A stretch of 64,000 bases of DNA, from NCBI GenBank assembly GCA_964016885.1, contig OZ024745.1, positions 28,582,001-28,646,000 of the forward strand, given 5' to 3'. The DNA comes from Eledone cirrhosa. Its lineage: Eukaryota. Positions 43,921-58,041 of the stretch are shown here, one piece after another (within the stretch, counting starts at the first letter, position 1; each line of letters starts with the position of its first letter). Under the pieces are notes generated by a model. The model was not told the origin of the DNA. It worked only from the letters and a program-made list of their open reading frames with translations, and searched no databases. The translations under genes were made by a program, and so were the position numbers.

Positions 43921-44580
43921 AAAAGGTAAACAAATAACAAATAACAAAACAAACGGCATAGTACATGGAAGAAATATTAGTTTAACACTTGAAATAGCAG
44001 GAAGATATATATATAGGTCTGTTCTCACGTCACACCACCTTGAATAACGTCATCAGGAGAAGCCTTGACGTGGTCGGTTTCCCGTTTCATATAGAGTCTG
44101 CCAGTTGTGATGGTAAATATTCAGGCTGTGTAACAAAATACCGGGATATAATTCGACTGTTCGCTTCCTATCCTTTTCCATGAGGTGGTATGGCTGATAT
44201 AATGAGTGTTACTGGCTGTTCTCTGCGACCATGTCCTTGCTTTCTTGCCCACCACAGGTTGCAGCTGCGATATACCGCCCAGCCATTATCCTTTTTTGAT
44301 CATTAACTTTTTCTTCTCTTTCCTTGTTTATTATTTCAATCTTTTCTTTTTAAAAAATAGTTCCATCGTTTTATACCTCAATATTCTTACATGCATGAAT
44401 GGAACAAGTTTATAGATGTCCCATGTTGCCTCTTGGGCATTTTAGTTCGCTAATGAAATGAACGTGAATAATCTTTCAGTTTCATTTTTGTGTCGGTCAT
44501 ATCCGACATTTATCTATACCAATGCCATATATTGTGTGTGTGTGTGTGTGTGTTCATGTACACTGCACAGGCATTTTCGA

Positions 44581-44660
<80 letters not shown>

Positions 44661-45684
44661 TACATACATACATACATTCTCATCCTCCGCTTGCCATGCT
44701 GGTATGGCTTGTGCTGGACTGGACTTTTTGAAGTTTTACTATTAGATACCCTACTTAACACCAATCGTTTTAGCAACATCTTTCGACACACGGCAGTGGG
44801 GAGGTACGTTGAGACCCATACAATATATAATACGCCATTATTATTATCATCATCATAATCCCGCCGAGGTTAACTTTGCCTTGCCATTATTATTATCATC
44901 ATCATAATCCCGCCGAGGTTAACTTTGCCTTTTATCCTTACGGGGTCGATAAAATAAAGTACCAGTAATACACTGGGTAATTGCTGGCCTTGTGCCAAAA
45001 GTAGAAACAATTATTATCATCATCATTCAATGACCGTTTCCTTGCTAGCAAGGGTTTGCAGCAATATATCAGTTGGGGAATTTCATTTCCACTCTAATGG
45101 AAGCCTAAAATAGAACTATGATCATTTAAAACCGTCAATCGGTATTTAGGAATCTTATTTCTTACGTCAGTCATATTGTAGATATCATTTCATATCCATC
45201 TTTGCTTTCAATTTTACATCTGATTTTTGTCTTCATTTCAGTGATTCAGTGATTTGCCTATACTCTTACACGCACACTCACACATTATATTCATGCATAT
45301 ATTTTTCTCACTGGCATAGACTGGACAAGTCGTCTTGGTCAGTGATTAGACGGGTTCAGATAACCATGGCTTGCTCATACTTTCCCTTTTGGCATGGTTT
45401 CTTCGTCAGAATGCTCTTCCTAATGCCTACATCTTTACAGGGTGTAGTGGGTGCACTTTATTGTAGTATCTGCACTACCACTTTACAGAATGTACGAGGT
45501 GCATTTTAACTCAGTACCAGCAATACCATTTGTAGACTGCAGTGGATGCTATTTATCGAGGCATCAATTCTACTACTTTACAGTGTACTGAGTGCATGTT
45601 ATCGTCGTGTCCTCAACAGGCCAGAATGTAACACAATATGTGACCAGTATATGACCTATCTAGCCAATATATGCCTATGTCTCC

Positions 45685-46710
45685 CAGATATGTGAGCATT
45701 ATTGTAATGTAGTCAATGCTGTCAGTGTCTGTGTATCTAACAACAGCAATACTGTCCTAGATATGTGAGCATTGCTGTAATATGGTCTAGGATATCTATG
45801 TGTCTACTAACTACAGCAATACTCTCCTAGATATGTGAGCATTGCTGTAATATGGTCTAGGATATCTATGTGTCTACTAACTACAGCAATACTCTCCTAG
45901 ATATGTAAGCATTGCTGTAATATGGTCTAGGATATCTATGTGTCTACTAACTACAGCAATACTCTCCTAGATATGTAAGCATTGCTGTAATATGGTCTAG
46001 GATATCTATGTGTCTACTAACTACAGCAATACTCTCCTAGATATTTGATCAGTACTGTAATGTAGTCTACGGTGTCATGTATGTAACAACAACACTGTCT
46101 TTGATATGTGAGCAGTACTGTAATGTGATCTAGTGTCGTGTATGTAACAACAACAGCGCGTTCCAGGTATGTGAGCAGTACTGTCATGTGGTTTAGGATA
46201 TCTATGTGTAACAACAGCACTGTCCCAGATGTGAGAGCAGTACTGTTATGTGGTCTAGGATATCTGTGTCACAACAGCGCTGTTCCAGATGTGAGAGCAG
46301 TACTGTCATGTGGTTTAGGATATGTGTGTCACAACAGCACTGTTCCAGATGTGAGAGCGATACTCTAATGTCCTAGATAGGTGAGTAGTACTGTAATGTC
46401 CTAGATATATGAGTAGTACTGTAATGTCCTAGATATATGAGTAGTACTGTAATGTCCTATATATATGAGTAGTACTGTAATGTCCTAGATATATGAGCAG
46501 TACTGTAATGTCCTATATATATGAGTAGTACTGTAATGTCCTAGATATATGAGCAGTACTGTAATATGGTCTATGATGCCTGTGTTTGTAACAACTACAC
46601 TGTCCCAGACGTGTGAGCAGTATTGTAATGTGATCTAGGATATCTCTGTGTATGTAACAGCACTGACACAGTCCTAGATATACAAGCTGTAATATGTGGT
46701 CTACGATGTC
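45685..46710. repeat. Compound minisatellite with related 70-bp, ~60-bp and 28-bp units
   Basis: ATTGCTGTAA at 45771/45841/45911/45981; AGTACTGTAATGTCCTAGATATATGAGT units from 46387. Confidence 0.9.
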
Positions 46711-46728
46711 TGTGAATATATATTATAT

Positions 46729-46770
<42 letters not shown>

Positions 46771-46947
46771 CGTGTGTGTGTGTGTGCGCTCGCGTAAATA
46801 AGACCGTCGTTGTACCAATCAGTCCACAAAACACTGAGTAAACAATCTAAACCGAACGCAGATCGCTCACCAAACCGAACACGGTCAGCAACAGCTACTA
46901 AATGGGGAAGACACGTTATCATGCTTCAAAAGTCTTATTACGTAGTT

Positions 46948-47433
46948 TCTATATAATAAAGCTATTATCTGCAGCGACTACGACCCCATTACGTAATAGG
47001 CCGTGTCCCACCTTCTCTCAACTTTAAACCACCCAAAACTAATTGCTGAATTTTTTCTAAGTAGGTCAAATATCAACAGCAGGAATCTCCCTTTAAATGT
47101 ATTACTTCAAAGCAAATAAGTTAAATTTCTACAATCTGAATGTAAACTAAATTATACAGCCCTTTATATTGTCAAAGACATGGTTATTATAAGTGATGGT
47201 TGTGATGGAGATTGTGATGACGTTAGTGGTATTATTAAAGTTCTTCAGTAGATATGTTGTGTGGTAAATAAATATATATTAGATCTGAACATAATTGAAT
47301 CAAATTCCCATTGTCACTGCCTCCGTCTATCTTGCTCTCCCCATCTCTCACTATTATAAGCAAATGGGGGCCCACGCCCCAGCGAACATAACGCCCAGTG
47401 ATATACATGAATGTATATCACTGGGCGTTCTAG
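46948..47433 (+). mobile_element. Non-autonomous Helitron
   Basis: 5' TCTATATAATAAAG; 18-bp-stem hairpin at 47390-47429 followed by CTAG then T. Confidence 0.7.
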
Positions 47434-47516
47434 TTAGTATTAGTTGTGAATTACTGTCACTAGAGGGAGAAATGTCTATAGTTAGTGGTCACTGCTAACT
47501 TCAGCATTAACACCAT

Positions 47517-47604
<88 letters not shown>

Positions 47605-47829
47605 GTGTGAGTATGTGTTGTATAGTTAATATGAAGCATTGTGAGATATGTAATAAATGACTAAGTATTTCAGAAAGCCAGTACAATGTGGTAGAAATAA
47701 ATAAAGGGCAAAGGATAACAAATAAAACAACAAAAGTAATGTTTTTCTTACCCAGTATATTTCAACATAATATTTCGGGGTTATTACCTCCTTTTCAAAT
47801 TCAAAACAAAAACGAACATGTTCTTCCCT

Positions 47830-48545
47830 AACTGAGCTAACTGTCTGGATTGCGCATGTGTGGAGTTGTCATATGAGCTATCTCCTCCATGCACTTCTAA
47901 TCTATTGTTTATTTATAGCTTTTGTGTGTTGCTGAGTAGAGCCTCTTTTCCAAGCTTGCAAGGATGTGTCCTTTTTCCGTACAGCATTCTTCCACTCATC
48001 GTGTTTCTTTGTCATCTCCTCTGTAAGCTTCAAAAATTTGACACCAGCCTCATCACCCCGGTCTGGTCTTCCTCTACCGCGACTGCCATCCATATGTCCA
48101 TACTAGCGCAGCCTTCTTTATTGCACACTACATCTGATTCCACTTGTATTCAGTTCATCCATGATTTGTCCTTCATACACATCCATCAAAGCATACTCGC
48201 TTCATTTATCTCCAGTTATCACACACCCTCTGCATTCACTGCCCATGTCTCACTACCGTGCAACATCCTACATACAGCCGGCCTTTACTTTCCTAGTAAG
48301 AAACATTTTGTTTCCAACTGAATTGGTAGCTCCTTGAACTTTTTAGGTCCTGTTCTTAATCTCGCTACTATGCTGCTCTCCTAGCATCTTCTGCTGCTAA
48401 TTAGATCCCCTGAGTAGCAGAAGCTATCAACCACTTCATAGATCTTTCGAGGGAATGGAAAACGTTTATTTCATTGATGCTCTTACTACCAACTAATATA
48501 TACAAAACCTACCTTTCCTGTTAGTGGCTATCCCACTACAGCTTT
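47830..48545 (-). mobile_element. RTE LINE 3' fragment
   Basis: DGSRGRGRP..KLTEEMT..DEWKNAV C-terminal signature; degenerate RT upstream. Confidence 0.7.
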
Positions 48546-48564
48546 TATTTACCCAACTACGTGA

Positions 48565-48615
<51 letters not shown>

Positions 48616-48850
48616 TACATATATGTATATATATATATATGTATGTATATATATATTGAACCAATGTGACGAGGCCTCATGCTATATATACATCTCAACT
48701 TTTCTGCTTATTCTATCTCTATATTCCTGCCTTTTGTTATTGATTTTCCTCTTCTCTCTGTGCGTGTTTGTATTTAATATCTATTTCTATATATCTGTCT
48801 ATTTATTTGACTCTATGCCCCCCCCCCCCCCATCTCTCTCTTTCTCTCTC

Positions 48851-48883
<33 letters not shown>

Positions 48884-49324
48884 ATAAGTATGAGTGTGTA
48901 TATCAATTTATGTGTCTATTGAATCAATATCTGAATAGTGTCCAGTCATATATATATATATCACCGGAGAAAGCATGCTATCCAGTTCAGTGTGACATAT
49001 GTGACACTGCACTACTCTGTCTAGTTACACGTCACAGATGTCACACTCTTTTGTATGGACTTAAACGTCGACATGGCTTCATTTGTGCTTAGAGAGTTGG
49101 ATTCACAATCGTGAGGTTATGAATTCGATTCTTGGACCAGGTAATGTGTGGTGTCCTTGAACAAGACACTTTATTTTAAATTGTTCCTTCTGCCAGGTGT
49201 TGAAACCGGTAAATAGTATTGACAATTGGGAAGACTAATGGAAACATTGATTCCTTCGTTTGATCTGAGAAGTTCCACCCACTCGGTAAGTGATTGAGAT
49301 CTGGGAGCTTGTCGATTCGGCCTC

Positions 49325-49443
49325 TTTATCCCGGGTTCAATCGGGGGTAACCACAGTAAGGTACTCAATACAAAGCAGAGTATTGATTATTTCTCCCAAA
49401 TGAAACAGTTCTACTCCTCTAGAAGCCTTTCTATATTAAATAT
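49325..49443. mobile_element. Family A insert: inverted tail plus decayed hammerhead
   Basis: GGGTTCAATCGGGGGTAACCACAG..GTACTCAATAC then TGATTATTTCTCCCAAATGAAACAGTTCT. Confidence 0.75.
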
Positions 49444-50697
49444 ATATATATATGTGTATGTGTGTTGATTTCTAATTTAAGCACAAAACCAACAAATTAT
49501 AGGAAGACAGGACAGAGTTATATCAACTTCAATACTTGACTGCTGGATTATATTTTATCGATTCCTGAATTTAGGGAGCAAAGTTAACCTCAGCGGGATT
49601 TGAAATCTGAATGTCAAGAGACAGAATACCGCAATTGTGTTTTATCTGATGGCCTACTAATTCTATGGTGTGGTTATGTGGTGTGGTGACATGTATGTGT
49701 ATGTGTGTGTGGTGTAGTGACGTATGAGTGTGTCTGCTTCAATTAAATCTTGGCAGGATCGTTAAAGCCACCCAAAATCACAAACCTCTAGAAGTGAAGT
49801 AACTTGCCTAAGTGGAGTTCACAATAGTAAGATCATGAGTTCGAATTCCGAGCGGTTCGCTGTGACCTTGAACCAAACACTTATTTCACTTTGCTCCTGT
49901 CCACTTAGCTGGGGGGAAAGTTTTATAAGGTTGAATCTCCCTGAGAACAACGCTAAAAGTACACGTGTTTGTGGAACACTTAACTATTTACACTATAATG
50001 AAAAATGGAATGTACTTGAAATTTCGAAGGGCCAGCCATATCATTTAGAATCTCCCTGAGATGCACGTGCCTGTAGAATGCTCAGCGATTTGCACGCTAA
50101 TTACACGAGCTGGCTGTTCAAACAGATGGAACTTTCTTCGTCGTTGTAACCGACGGAGATCCCCCCCCCCTTCACCCTCTATAAGGATGGACTCTTTCAT
50201 TGGATAATGGAATTTAGCGTTCATTTTATTTGTTGTTGATGTGGTGGTGATAGTGGGGAGTCAAAATAAAACAAACAGGAATATCACAGCTGGAATGCCT
50301 TTGATCTTATCTGTGTGTCTCTGTCTGTTTGACTGTCTGTGTATGTCTGTCAGTGTATCTGACTGTTTGTCAGTCAGTCTGTCTGACTATCTGTCTGTCT
50401 GTCTTTCTTCTCTGTATATCTGACTATCATATAGGCGGCCTGAGTGGCTATACTACAACTATTTCTACTCTCTACACACTATTACTAAAGCTACCACTAC
50501 CACTTGTACCGCCGCCGCCACCATCTGTACCTCCACTCTACCATCGTCATCATCACCACCATCTATACTTCCACCATAACATAACCAACATCACAGTACT
50601 ACGTACATACCTCCCACTTTACATTTGATTAATTCCCCCCATTATCTCTTCCCCTCTCTCTCTTCTAATCTTTGTTTTCTAACCAAATTTACTGTAG

Positions 50698-50740
<43 letters not shown>

Positions 50741-50750
50741 AACACACATA

Positions 50751-51340
50751 CATTATAATAAATGTTCGGTAAACCCATACGTACATATATATATGTGTGC
50801 ATGTATGTATATATATACATACTACTGTACGTCTGTATACATATATGTATGTACGTGTACATACTTACATTTAAGTAACAGCCGTACTAAGAGTGAGAAA
50901 TGAAATTTCGTTTCATTATTTCCATTTATTGTTTTCGGTACGCCCGGCCGACTAACTCACTCGATACGCAAATTAGGCTGCTCAGCCGTTAATATGCATA
51001 AGGAAAGTATATACTTTCAGACGTTCAACCATCTGGCAGGAAGGTATACGATGCTGACGATAGCTAATAAGCTTGAAACTAGTACATCGTTCCTTTGTCA
51101 GTGTTGAACAAAAGGGCAACGATGGTTGCTAAACACTGTACGGCGTAATTCGGGCTGTTTGTTTGTTTACAAACAAACCGAGCATTATAATAAATGTTCG
51201 GCAAATCCATACGTACATATATATATATATATGTGTGCATGTATGTATATATATATATACATACTACTGTATGTCTGTATACATTTAAGTACCAGCCGCA
51301 CTAAGAGTGAGAAATGAAATTTCGTTTCATTCTTTTCCAT
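50751..51340 (+). mobile_element. Retrozyme/pLTR-like unit: ~160-bp direct repeats flanking a hammerhead
   Basis: 50751-50925 repeated at 51183-51340; (TA)n on both sides. Confidence 0.78.
51048..51090 (+). ncRNA. Minimal type I hammerhead ribozyme
   Basis: ACGAUG-CUGACGA-uAGCU aaua AGCUu-GAAA-CUAG-UA-CAUCGU; 6-bp stem I; palindromic ACUAGU; cleavage predicted after A51084. Confidence 0.88.
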
Positions 51341-51919
51341 ATATATATATTTATATATATGTATACACACACACACACAGTTACACTTATACATACATAC
51401 AGGCATGTGTGTAGAAGTGGCGAAGGTGGTGTTTGTTGGTGTGGGGCATTTTTTCAATTTACAGGGAAATTCGTATTTCTGGCGGGTTTACATGTCTACA
51501 TATTTATATACACATTGGTGCAGTCTCGGTTACCCACTCTGTATATATACGGATTGGCTGCTTGGTACATACATATATATATGAGTATGGGTATGTATGT
51601 ATGCGTGCATGTTTGTACGAGTGTAATCTCTGTAGGTGTAAATGTATGTGTGTCTGTTGGTGTAAGAATATTTGTGTGTATACATATATCATCTTCCTCA
51701 TCATTTAATGATGATGATATATGTGTGTGTAGCCCCCATTTTGTCTGGCTGTTCTTTCAAACCTGATACCCTCATTAATCATTGTATCGCATTCTCTGAA
51801 GCTGTCTCCACCCTCCTTACCCCACTTTATCCCCTTGACCTCTTTACACACAGACACATACATACATATAGATATATATATATATGTATATATATAGACA
51901 TATATATATATATAGACAT

Positions 51920-51953
<34 letters not shown>

Positions 51954-52189
51954 AAATATATTTTTGATATATATTTTATATAATATATATAAATGTATTA
52001 AGTTGTGCATTAAGCAGTTTTGGTAGACGATAAATGAATATCTGTATATATAAAATGTATACGCCATCGCGACTGCATAAATGACTATGTAGACATGTAA
52101 ACGTGCCATATATTCGTATTTCCTTGAAAGTGAAAAGTAGTTTGAAACGATTTCAAATCTTTTGGAGTTCTTTGCGATGCGAAACACTT

Positions 52190-53330
52190 ACGTCTTTCTC
52201 TGATCCCCATATCCCAAGACATTGACAAACAGCCTGTTGTCAACCACCTTACGTACTGTGTATACCTCTCTTCCTACCTTCTCTTTAATTTACCTCGTTC
52301 CGATCTTTACTGCCTCCATTATTCCAGTCTTTCCATGCCTGTGTCGTGTTATTAACATCCCTATCCACAGTGTTATTCCACCATCAGGTGACCTCTATCT
52401 GGCTGGTGCTTTGCTCCAGCTGCAAGTTTCATCTGTAGCCTGCAATACATTGTCTCATAGAAACTTCAAATTGTCCTCTATGTCATATGTAAGTAACTCC
52501 TCCTCGCTTTTGTCACACGCTTCACATAGGGCTTTCCCGAACCTATACTTTAATAGAAAGGTCTTTTAGCTTCCAAACCCTCCTCCAGATTTTCTTGCGT
52601 TTCTTGTGATTATTCTAATGTCACTGATGACTAACTTAGGATGTGTTGCATTCTTCTCCAGGAAAGGACTAACCTAACATAACCAACTCTATATCTTGTT
52701 TTTTAACAAGTATGAAATCAATCTGGCTTGTGTGTTCACCTGATTGATAGGTAATCAGGTGACTGGTTGGCTGGCTGGTTTCCTGAAGTTAGTCTTGCAG
52801 ATAATTCATTTGCATCATAGAATTCTTGGAACTTTGCTCCCTCTTCATTTCTTATGTGATAACCAGAACCACCATGTACTCTAGTGTAGTCATCCTGGTG
52901 CTGCCTTACATATCCAGTGAAATAGGCAGCTAGGATGATGAGGTCTCTGTCATCTATAACTGAGGTTGTCTGTAAGAGTTCCTCATAGAAACAGACCTTT
53001 TGTTCTTTACTCAATCCTGATTGTGTTACATACATCAAGATAAATGTTATTTTATTGCTTATGACTATTCTGAGCTTGATAATTCTATCACTTTACCTCA
53101 TTTACCTTATCTATCCACCTCTCAGCTAGTAGAATGCCTTCTCCATCTGCCCCATCTTCAATTTAGAGCTATTTGCCTGTGAGTAGTTTTGCTAAGACAC
53201 CCCTCCATCTCATTTCGTAAACACAGCAGACATCCATGCATTTCCTCGAGCATCTCCACAATTTACCCTCATCTACTTTTCAGTGTGCCCACATTGAGAG
53301 TGGCAGCCCTCAGATGTGGTAGTTGACTCA
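52190..53330 (-). mobile_element. RTE LINE AP-endonuclease fragment
   Basis: YVTQSGLSKEQKVCFYEEL..HGGSGYHIRNEEG..EFYDANEL. Confidence 0.8.
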
Positions 53331-53419
53331 TCCTTTGGTAGTAGCTCTCTGATGGCCTAAGTTATGAAAATGAGAAAGGTTTAACACAACTAATTAGGGA
53401 AAGAGTCAAATTAGATTTT

Positions 53420-53720
53420 CTTCTTTTTTTGCCAGGCTGGTACACCACAGATGCCCTCTTCCTATTGTGACAACTTCAGAAGGTCCTAGCTAAGTATGAG
53501 CCACTGTATCTCAGTTGACCTAGAGAAGGCATTTGACAGAATACCATGATCTGGTCGTCTTTGCGTAGAGTAGTGGATTGAGAGAGCAGTGAACAGAGGA
53601 GTTATCTGTAAAGTGGGGGTATGTTATGAGTTTAGTGAGGAATTCAATGTGCAGAAATCTTGTATATTACAGTTTTCCAGGCCTTAACAGAAGAGCTTAA
53701 GACTGGCTTCGCTGACCATT
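53420..53720 (+). mobile_element. RTE LINE RT fragment
   Basis: TTDALF..VDLEKAFDRIP. Confidence 0.7.
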
Positions 53721-54222
53721 GGAGGCCTCTTCAATTATGTCAATAGTAGAAGACCCCCACCCAATGCTAGTGCCACGATAAAACGTATCCAGTGCACTTT
53801 GTAATATGCAGAAATATGTGTAAGCGAGATGCGACCCCTGGCCCGTATGAGAGGTCAGCAGCTACGATTAAGTACTGACTAGCTCTGTGACGATCTGACC
53901 AACTCTTACTAATTGAGAAGAACGTTAAATGGTGATAGTGATGATGATGATGACGATAGTGGTTGTGATGAATATATTTATACCAAAAGCATAATCTATA
54001 TACTTATAACTTTACTGTGTGTTGACACGCATACATACAATTATGCGTGCGCGCGCGTCTAAACACACATCCACACACATTATCCAACCAGCAACTCACA
54101 AATAGACACCATTAGTGGTGAGACAGGCCACTTGGTGGCGCTGTTATTGGTATACAATAACATCTCGTTCAATGTTCATCATCAAAAGGTTCACTCTTTT
54201 CAAAGTGTTGTTTGTCTGAAAT

Positions 54223-54450
<228 letters not shown>

Positions 54451-54495
54451 CTCTTTGGTGATGAAAGTTGTAAATATATGTGGATCGTAGTGTGA

Positions 54496-54609
<114 letters not shown>

Positions 54610-54798
54610 TTTCTGAATTTCTTTGGCAAGATTCTTTATCTGAAAACGTGTGTTGAACCGATATTGTTATACTTTGGGAGGGTCATGTTGCCAATAAGAA
54701 ACACACGCACCAGTTGCTTTCACTTCAATTTATTATAATAAATTTATAAATTTCCCGTTGGTTGGTTGGTTCCACAACCAGATGGTTGTTTGTATATT

Positions 54799-54841
54799 GT
54801 CAAAGTTCTTTCGTCACACATTCTGTGACCTCTTCAGTGAC
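54799..54841 (-). ncRNA. Hammerhead candidate (left arm, family B)
   Basis: Reverse complement of 54973-55015. Confidence 0.7.
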
Positions 54842-54972
54842 TGGGGATTCTTTTCTTTGTTTTTGTGCCTCTCCTTTGTTCTGTTCTACGCCATCTTGTT
54901 TCTCAAGAAGAGAAACAAGATGGTGTAGGACAGAACAAAGGAGAGGCACAAAAACAAAGAAAAGAATCCCCA

Positions 54973-55015
54973 GTCACTGAAGAGGTCACAGAATGTGTGA
55001 CGAAAGAACTTTGAC
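54973..55015 (+). ncRNA. Hammerhead candidate (right arm, family B)
   Basis: GUCA-CUGAAGA-gGUCACA gaaug UGUGAC-GAAA-GAAC-UU-UGAC; CUU site; minimal stem III. Confidence 0.7.
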
Positions 55016-55238
55016 AATATACAAACAACCATCTGGTTGTGGAACCAACCAACCAACGGGAAATTTATAAATTTATTATAATAAATTGAAGTGAAAGTAA
55101 CTGGTGCGTGTGTTTCTTATTGGCAACATGACCCTCCCAAAGTATAACAATATATATATATAGAGAGAGAGAGAGATGTTTTTATGTATGTATATATATG
55201 TATACATTTATGTATGTGTATATGTATTTATGTATGTT

Positions 55239-55308
<70 letters not shown>

Positions 55309-55590
55309 AGTGTATTTATGTATATGTATCTTTATATATATATATGGAGAGAGAGAGAGATTTATGTGTGTGTGAGCTGTTTTGGATAGGTGAAGTGTTA
55401 TGTGTGTGTGGTTGCTTGTATTATTGTGATGTAGCCCCAGGTTAGACATAGTGAAGCAGTCCTACACAGTGGCCTTGTGTTTATAGAAGTCATTATTATT
55501 ATTGTTCCCATAAACAATACGGAAGGGACTTGATGGAATTTTCAACCATGGAAGCTTATGTCTCCCTTTGCCACCCAGCTGATTTGTTAA

Positions 55591-55788
55591 CCCTTTAGCA
55601 TTTAAACCGGCCATATCCGACCATAATTCTCTTACCACTTTTTGTTCAAACCGGCCGTAACTGGCCACTAATACTGATGTTAAGATATTGTTCTTAAAAT
55701 AAATATCAAAATCTAATAGATTCAATATTATGTCAGATAGTTATGTGAGGTAAAGTGTTTCCTAATAGAGTATGTAAATGCTAAAGGG
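55591..55788. mobile_element. piggyBac-like MITE
   Basis: TTAA TSDs and 14-bp TIRs CCCTTTAGCATTTA / TAAATGCTAAAGGG. Confidence 0.85.
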
Positions 55789-56368
55789 TTAAATGAATCC
55801 ACAAGTGCCTTACGTTTGGCCACTAACTCCGAGCCAGAATCGAACGTAGCAGTCATCTACAGAGATAAAACCTAATTAAGTAACCAAGGTCATGAAAATG
55901 AAAAACATTTGAAATTTACAATTCACACATATGTTGGTTTAGATGGCCTTTTCCGAGGTTGCGTCTCGTAGGAGGTTTCTTGGGTGTTTAATGATAGGGC
56001 CCCAGTCCTATTATGTTGTTGTTACAGTTCAAACCGATGTAGGTTTAGCTGCTCTCATATGAGGTTGTATCTCAAAGCAAGTTCTTGGGTGATTTAATGA
56101 AACCCAGTTTGACCGTGTTACAGTTCACAACTATGAAGGTTACATTATATCTCACAAAAGGTTTAGTTTTTTTATAGTATGGAGCCCAGGCCTATCATGT
56201 TGTTACACCTACTATGAGATGTAGCAACATCTCATGGGAGGTTCTTAGGTACCTGGAGTTGCGACCAATAGATAGTATAAGCAATTGGAAAGACCAACGG
56301 AAACATTGTTTCCCCGGTCCGATTTTACGTAAGTCGATCGACAAATTTATTTATATATATATATATAT

Positions 56369-56495
56369 TGATGATTTCTAAAGAATGAAACAGTTCTAGT
56401 CCTGTAGAATCTCATCTATATTAAAACTTTTATACTCTGCAATGTATTGAGTACCTTACTTACTGTGGTTACCTCCGATTCAACCCGGAATAACG
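56369..56495 (+). mobile_element. Family A sense monomer: hammerhead core (first C lost) plus ~90-nt tail
   Basis: TGATGATTTC..GAAACAGTTCTAGTCCTGTA..CCGATTCAACCCGGAATAAC between (TA)n runs. Confidence 0.8.
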
Positions 56496-56559
<64 letters not shown>

Positions 56560-56853
56560 TTGTGTGTGCGTGCGTGATGATACGTGTATGTGAAAACAAT
56601 TGTGTAAATTAAAAACTTGCACCAGAATGACCTTCCCTTGAGAAGAATGTAGTTTATTTTTCCGGCACACATTCCTCCTGTACGGTTGTGGTATTGATGG
56701 CGTCCACAATAGTGCTAGTGTTAGTGACAGTGCTGTCATTGATGATGATGATGATGATGGTATAATATATATATATATATATATATATAGGCAAACATAG
56801 CAAACAAACGTAAAAACATTGTGGTTATACATGTATATATATATATGTACACT

Positions 56854-56886
<33 letters not shown>

Positions 56887-57355
56887 GAAAACAGGGAGAA
56901 AGAGACGATTATGAGGAAGACAAATTTTTTTTTTTCTTTTTTTTTGTGTCTCTCTTTTTTCTGGGTTAGAAAATGAGTAAATCGAAATGTTTTACTTTGT
57001 GTGAAGTGTTAAGGTATTAGTTGATTTATTTATTATTTAACAATGGCATTTATTTATCTATTTATATATTTAATTATTTCTATTACCGGTTTCTGCATTT
57101 ATATGCATTATCAAATGATAGTGAAATGTATTAGTGTGGTGTCACACATATTAAAGAGAAGGTGCAGAAAGAATAATGTTATTTACAAACAAGGTTTAAG
57201 AAGTGAAAAGGAAAAAAAAACGTGCATAATGTGGAACGTAAAAAGTCAATATGGAAGAAAAGTTAATGTTATTTATATATACAGTTATATATATATAGTT
57301 ATATATATATATAGTTATATATATATATATAGTTATATATATATATATATATATA

Positions 57356-57700
57356 TAGTGAAAAATGGACGGGAACAAAACAGAGGTAGTACGAACAAAG
57401 GTTTATTAGTTTCACGCTCTTGAGAGTGAGGGGGGGCGTTTCGGACATAAGCCCTTCTTCAGGCGAAAAGTGTGTGGGAAGAGAGTTCCGAGGGTGTGTA
57501 GGGGAGTGGGGGAGAGACATTTAGAAAAAAGGGGTGGGGAGGAAAAACGGTGGAAGGGGTACAAATAAAAATACATATAAATATATATATATAGGGCTTA
57601 TGCCCGAAACGTCGTTCCCTACCACCCCACTCTCAAGAGCGTGAAACTAATAAACCTTTGTTCGTACTGCCTCTCTGTTTGTTCCCGTTCAATTTTTTAC

Positions 57701-57705
<5 letters not shown>
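57356..57705. mobile_element. Inverted-arm insert with a split hammerhead (CUGAAGAAGGGCUUAUGYCCGAAACG)
   Basis: Arms 57356-57455 / 57593-57705; flanked by (TA)n. Confidence 0.8.
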
Positions 57706-57731
<26 letters not shown>

Positions 57732-57877
57732 TGATGGAGGTTAGACAGGCATTAATAAAAGTATATTCACCAGTCAAAAACCAAACATCACAATGATGCT
57801 AGTTTATGTAATGTTAACAATGAACAATATTGAAATTGATATTAGAAACGTATGAAGTTTCAGAAACTATGCAGAAG

Positions 57878-57913
<36 letters not shown>

Positions 57914-57920
57914 ATATATA

Positions 57921-58022
57921 CAAGGTGTACCCCCAAAAATGTATACACTTCTACAGCACTCTAATAAATATTGCCTGTACAGGTAATCAAAGTGTGTATA
58001 TATTTTGGGGGGACACCCCGTG
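57921..58022. mobile_element. Tc1/mariner-like MITE
   Basis: CAAGGTGTACCCCCAAAAATGTATACACTT..AAGTGTGTATATATTTTGGGGGGACACCCCG; relative at ~37228-37300. Confidence 0.65.
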
Positions 58023-58041
58023 TATATATATATATATATAT

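Noticed and set aside
44000-44065. Minus-strand CUGAUGA-CGUUA..UGACG
   Set aside because: GAAA is degenerate and stems I and III are not convincing
54661-55153. All three arm mismatches are G-T on the + strand, a possible A-to-I editing imprint
   Set aside because: Too few sites, and one is explained by CpG deamination (the Penelope copy has GGCGT)
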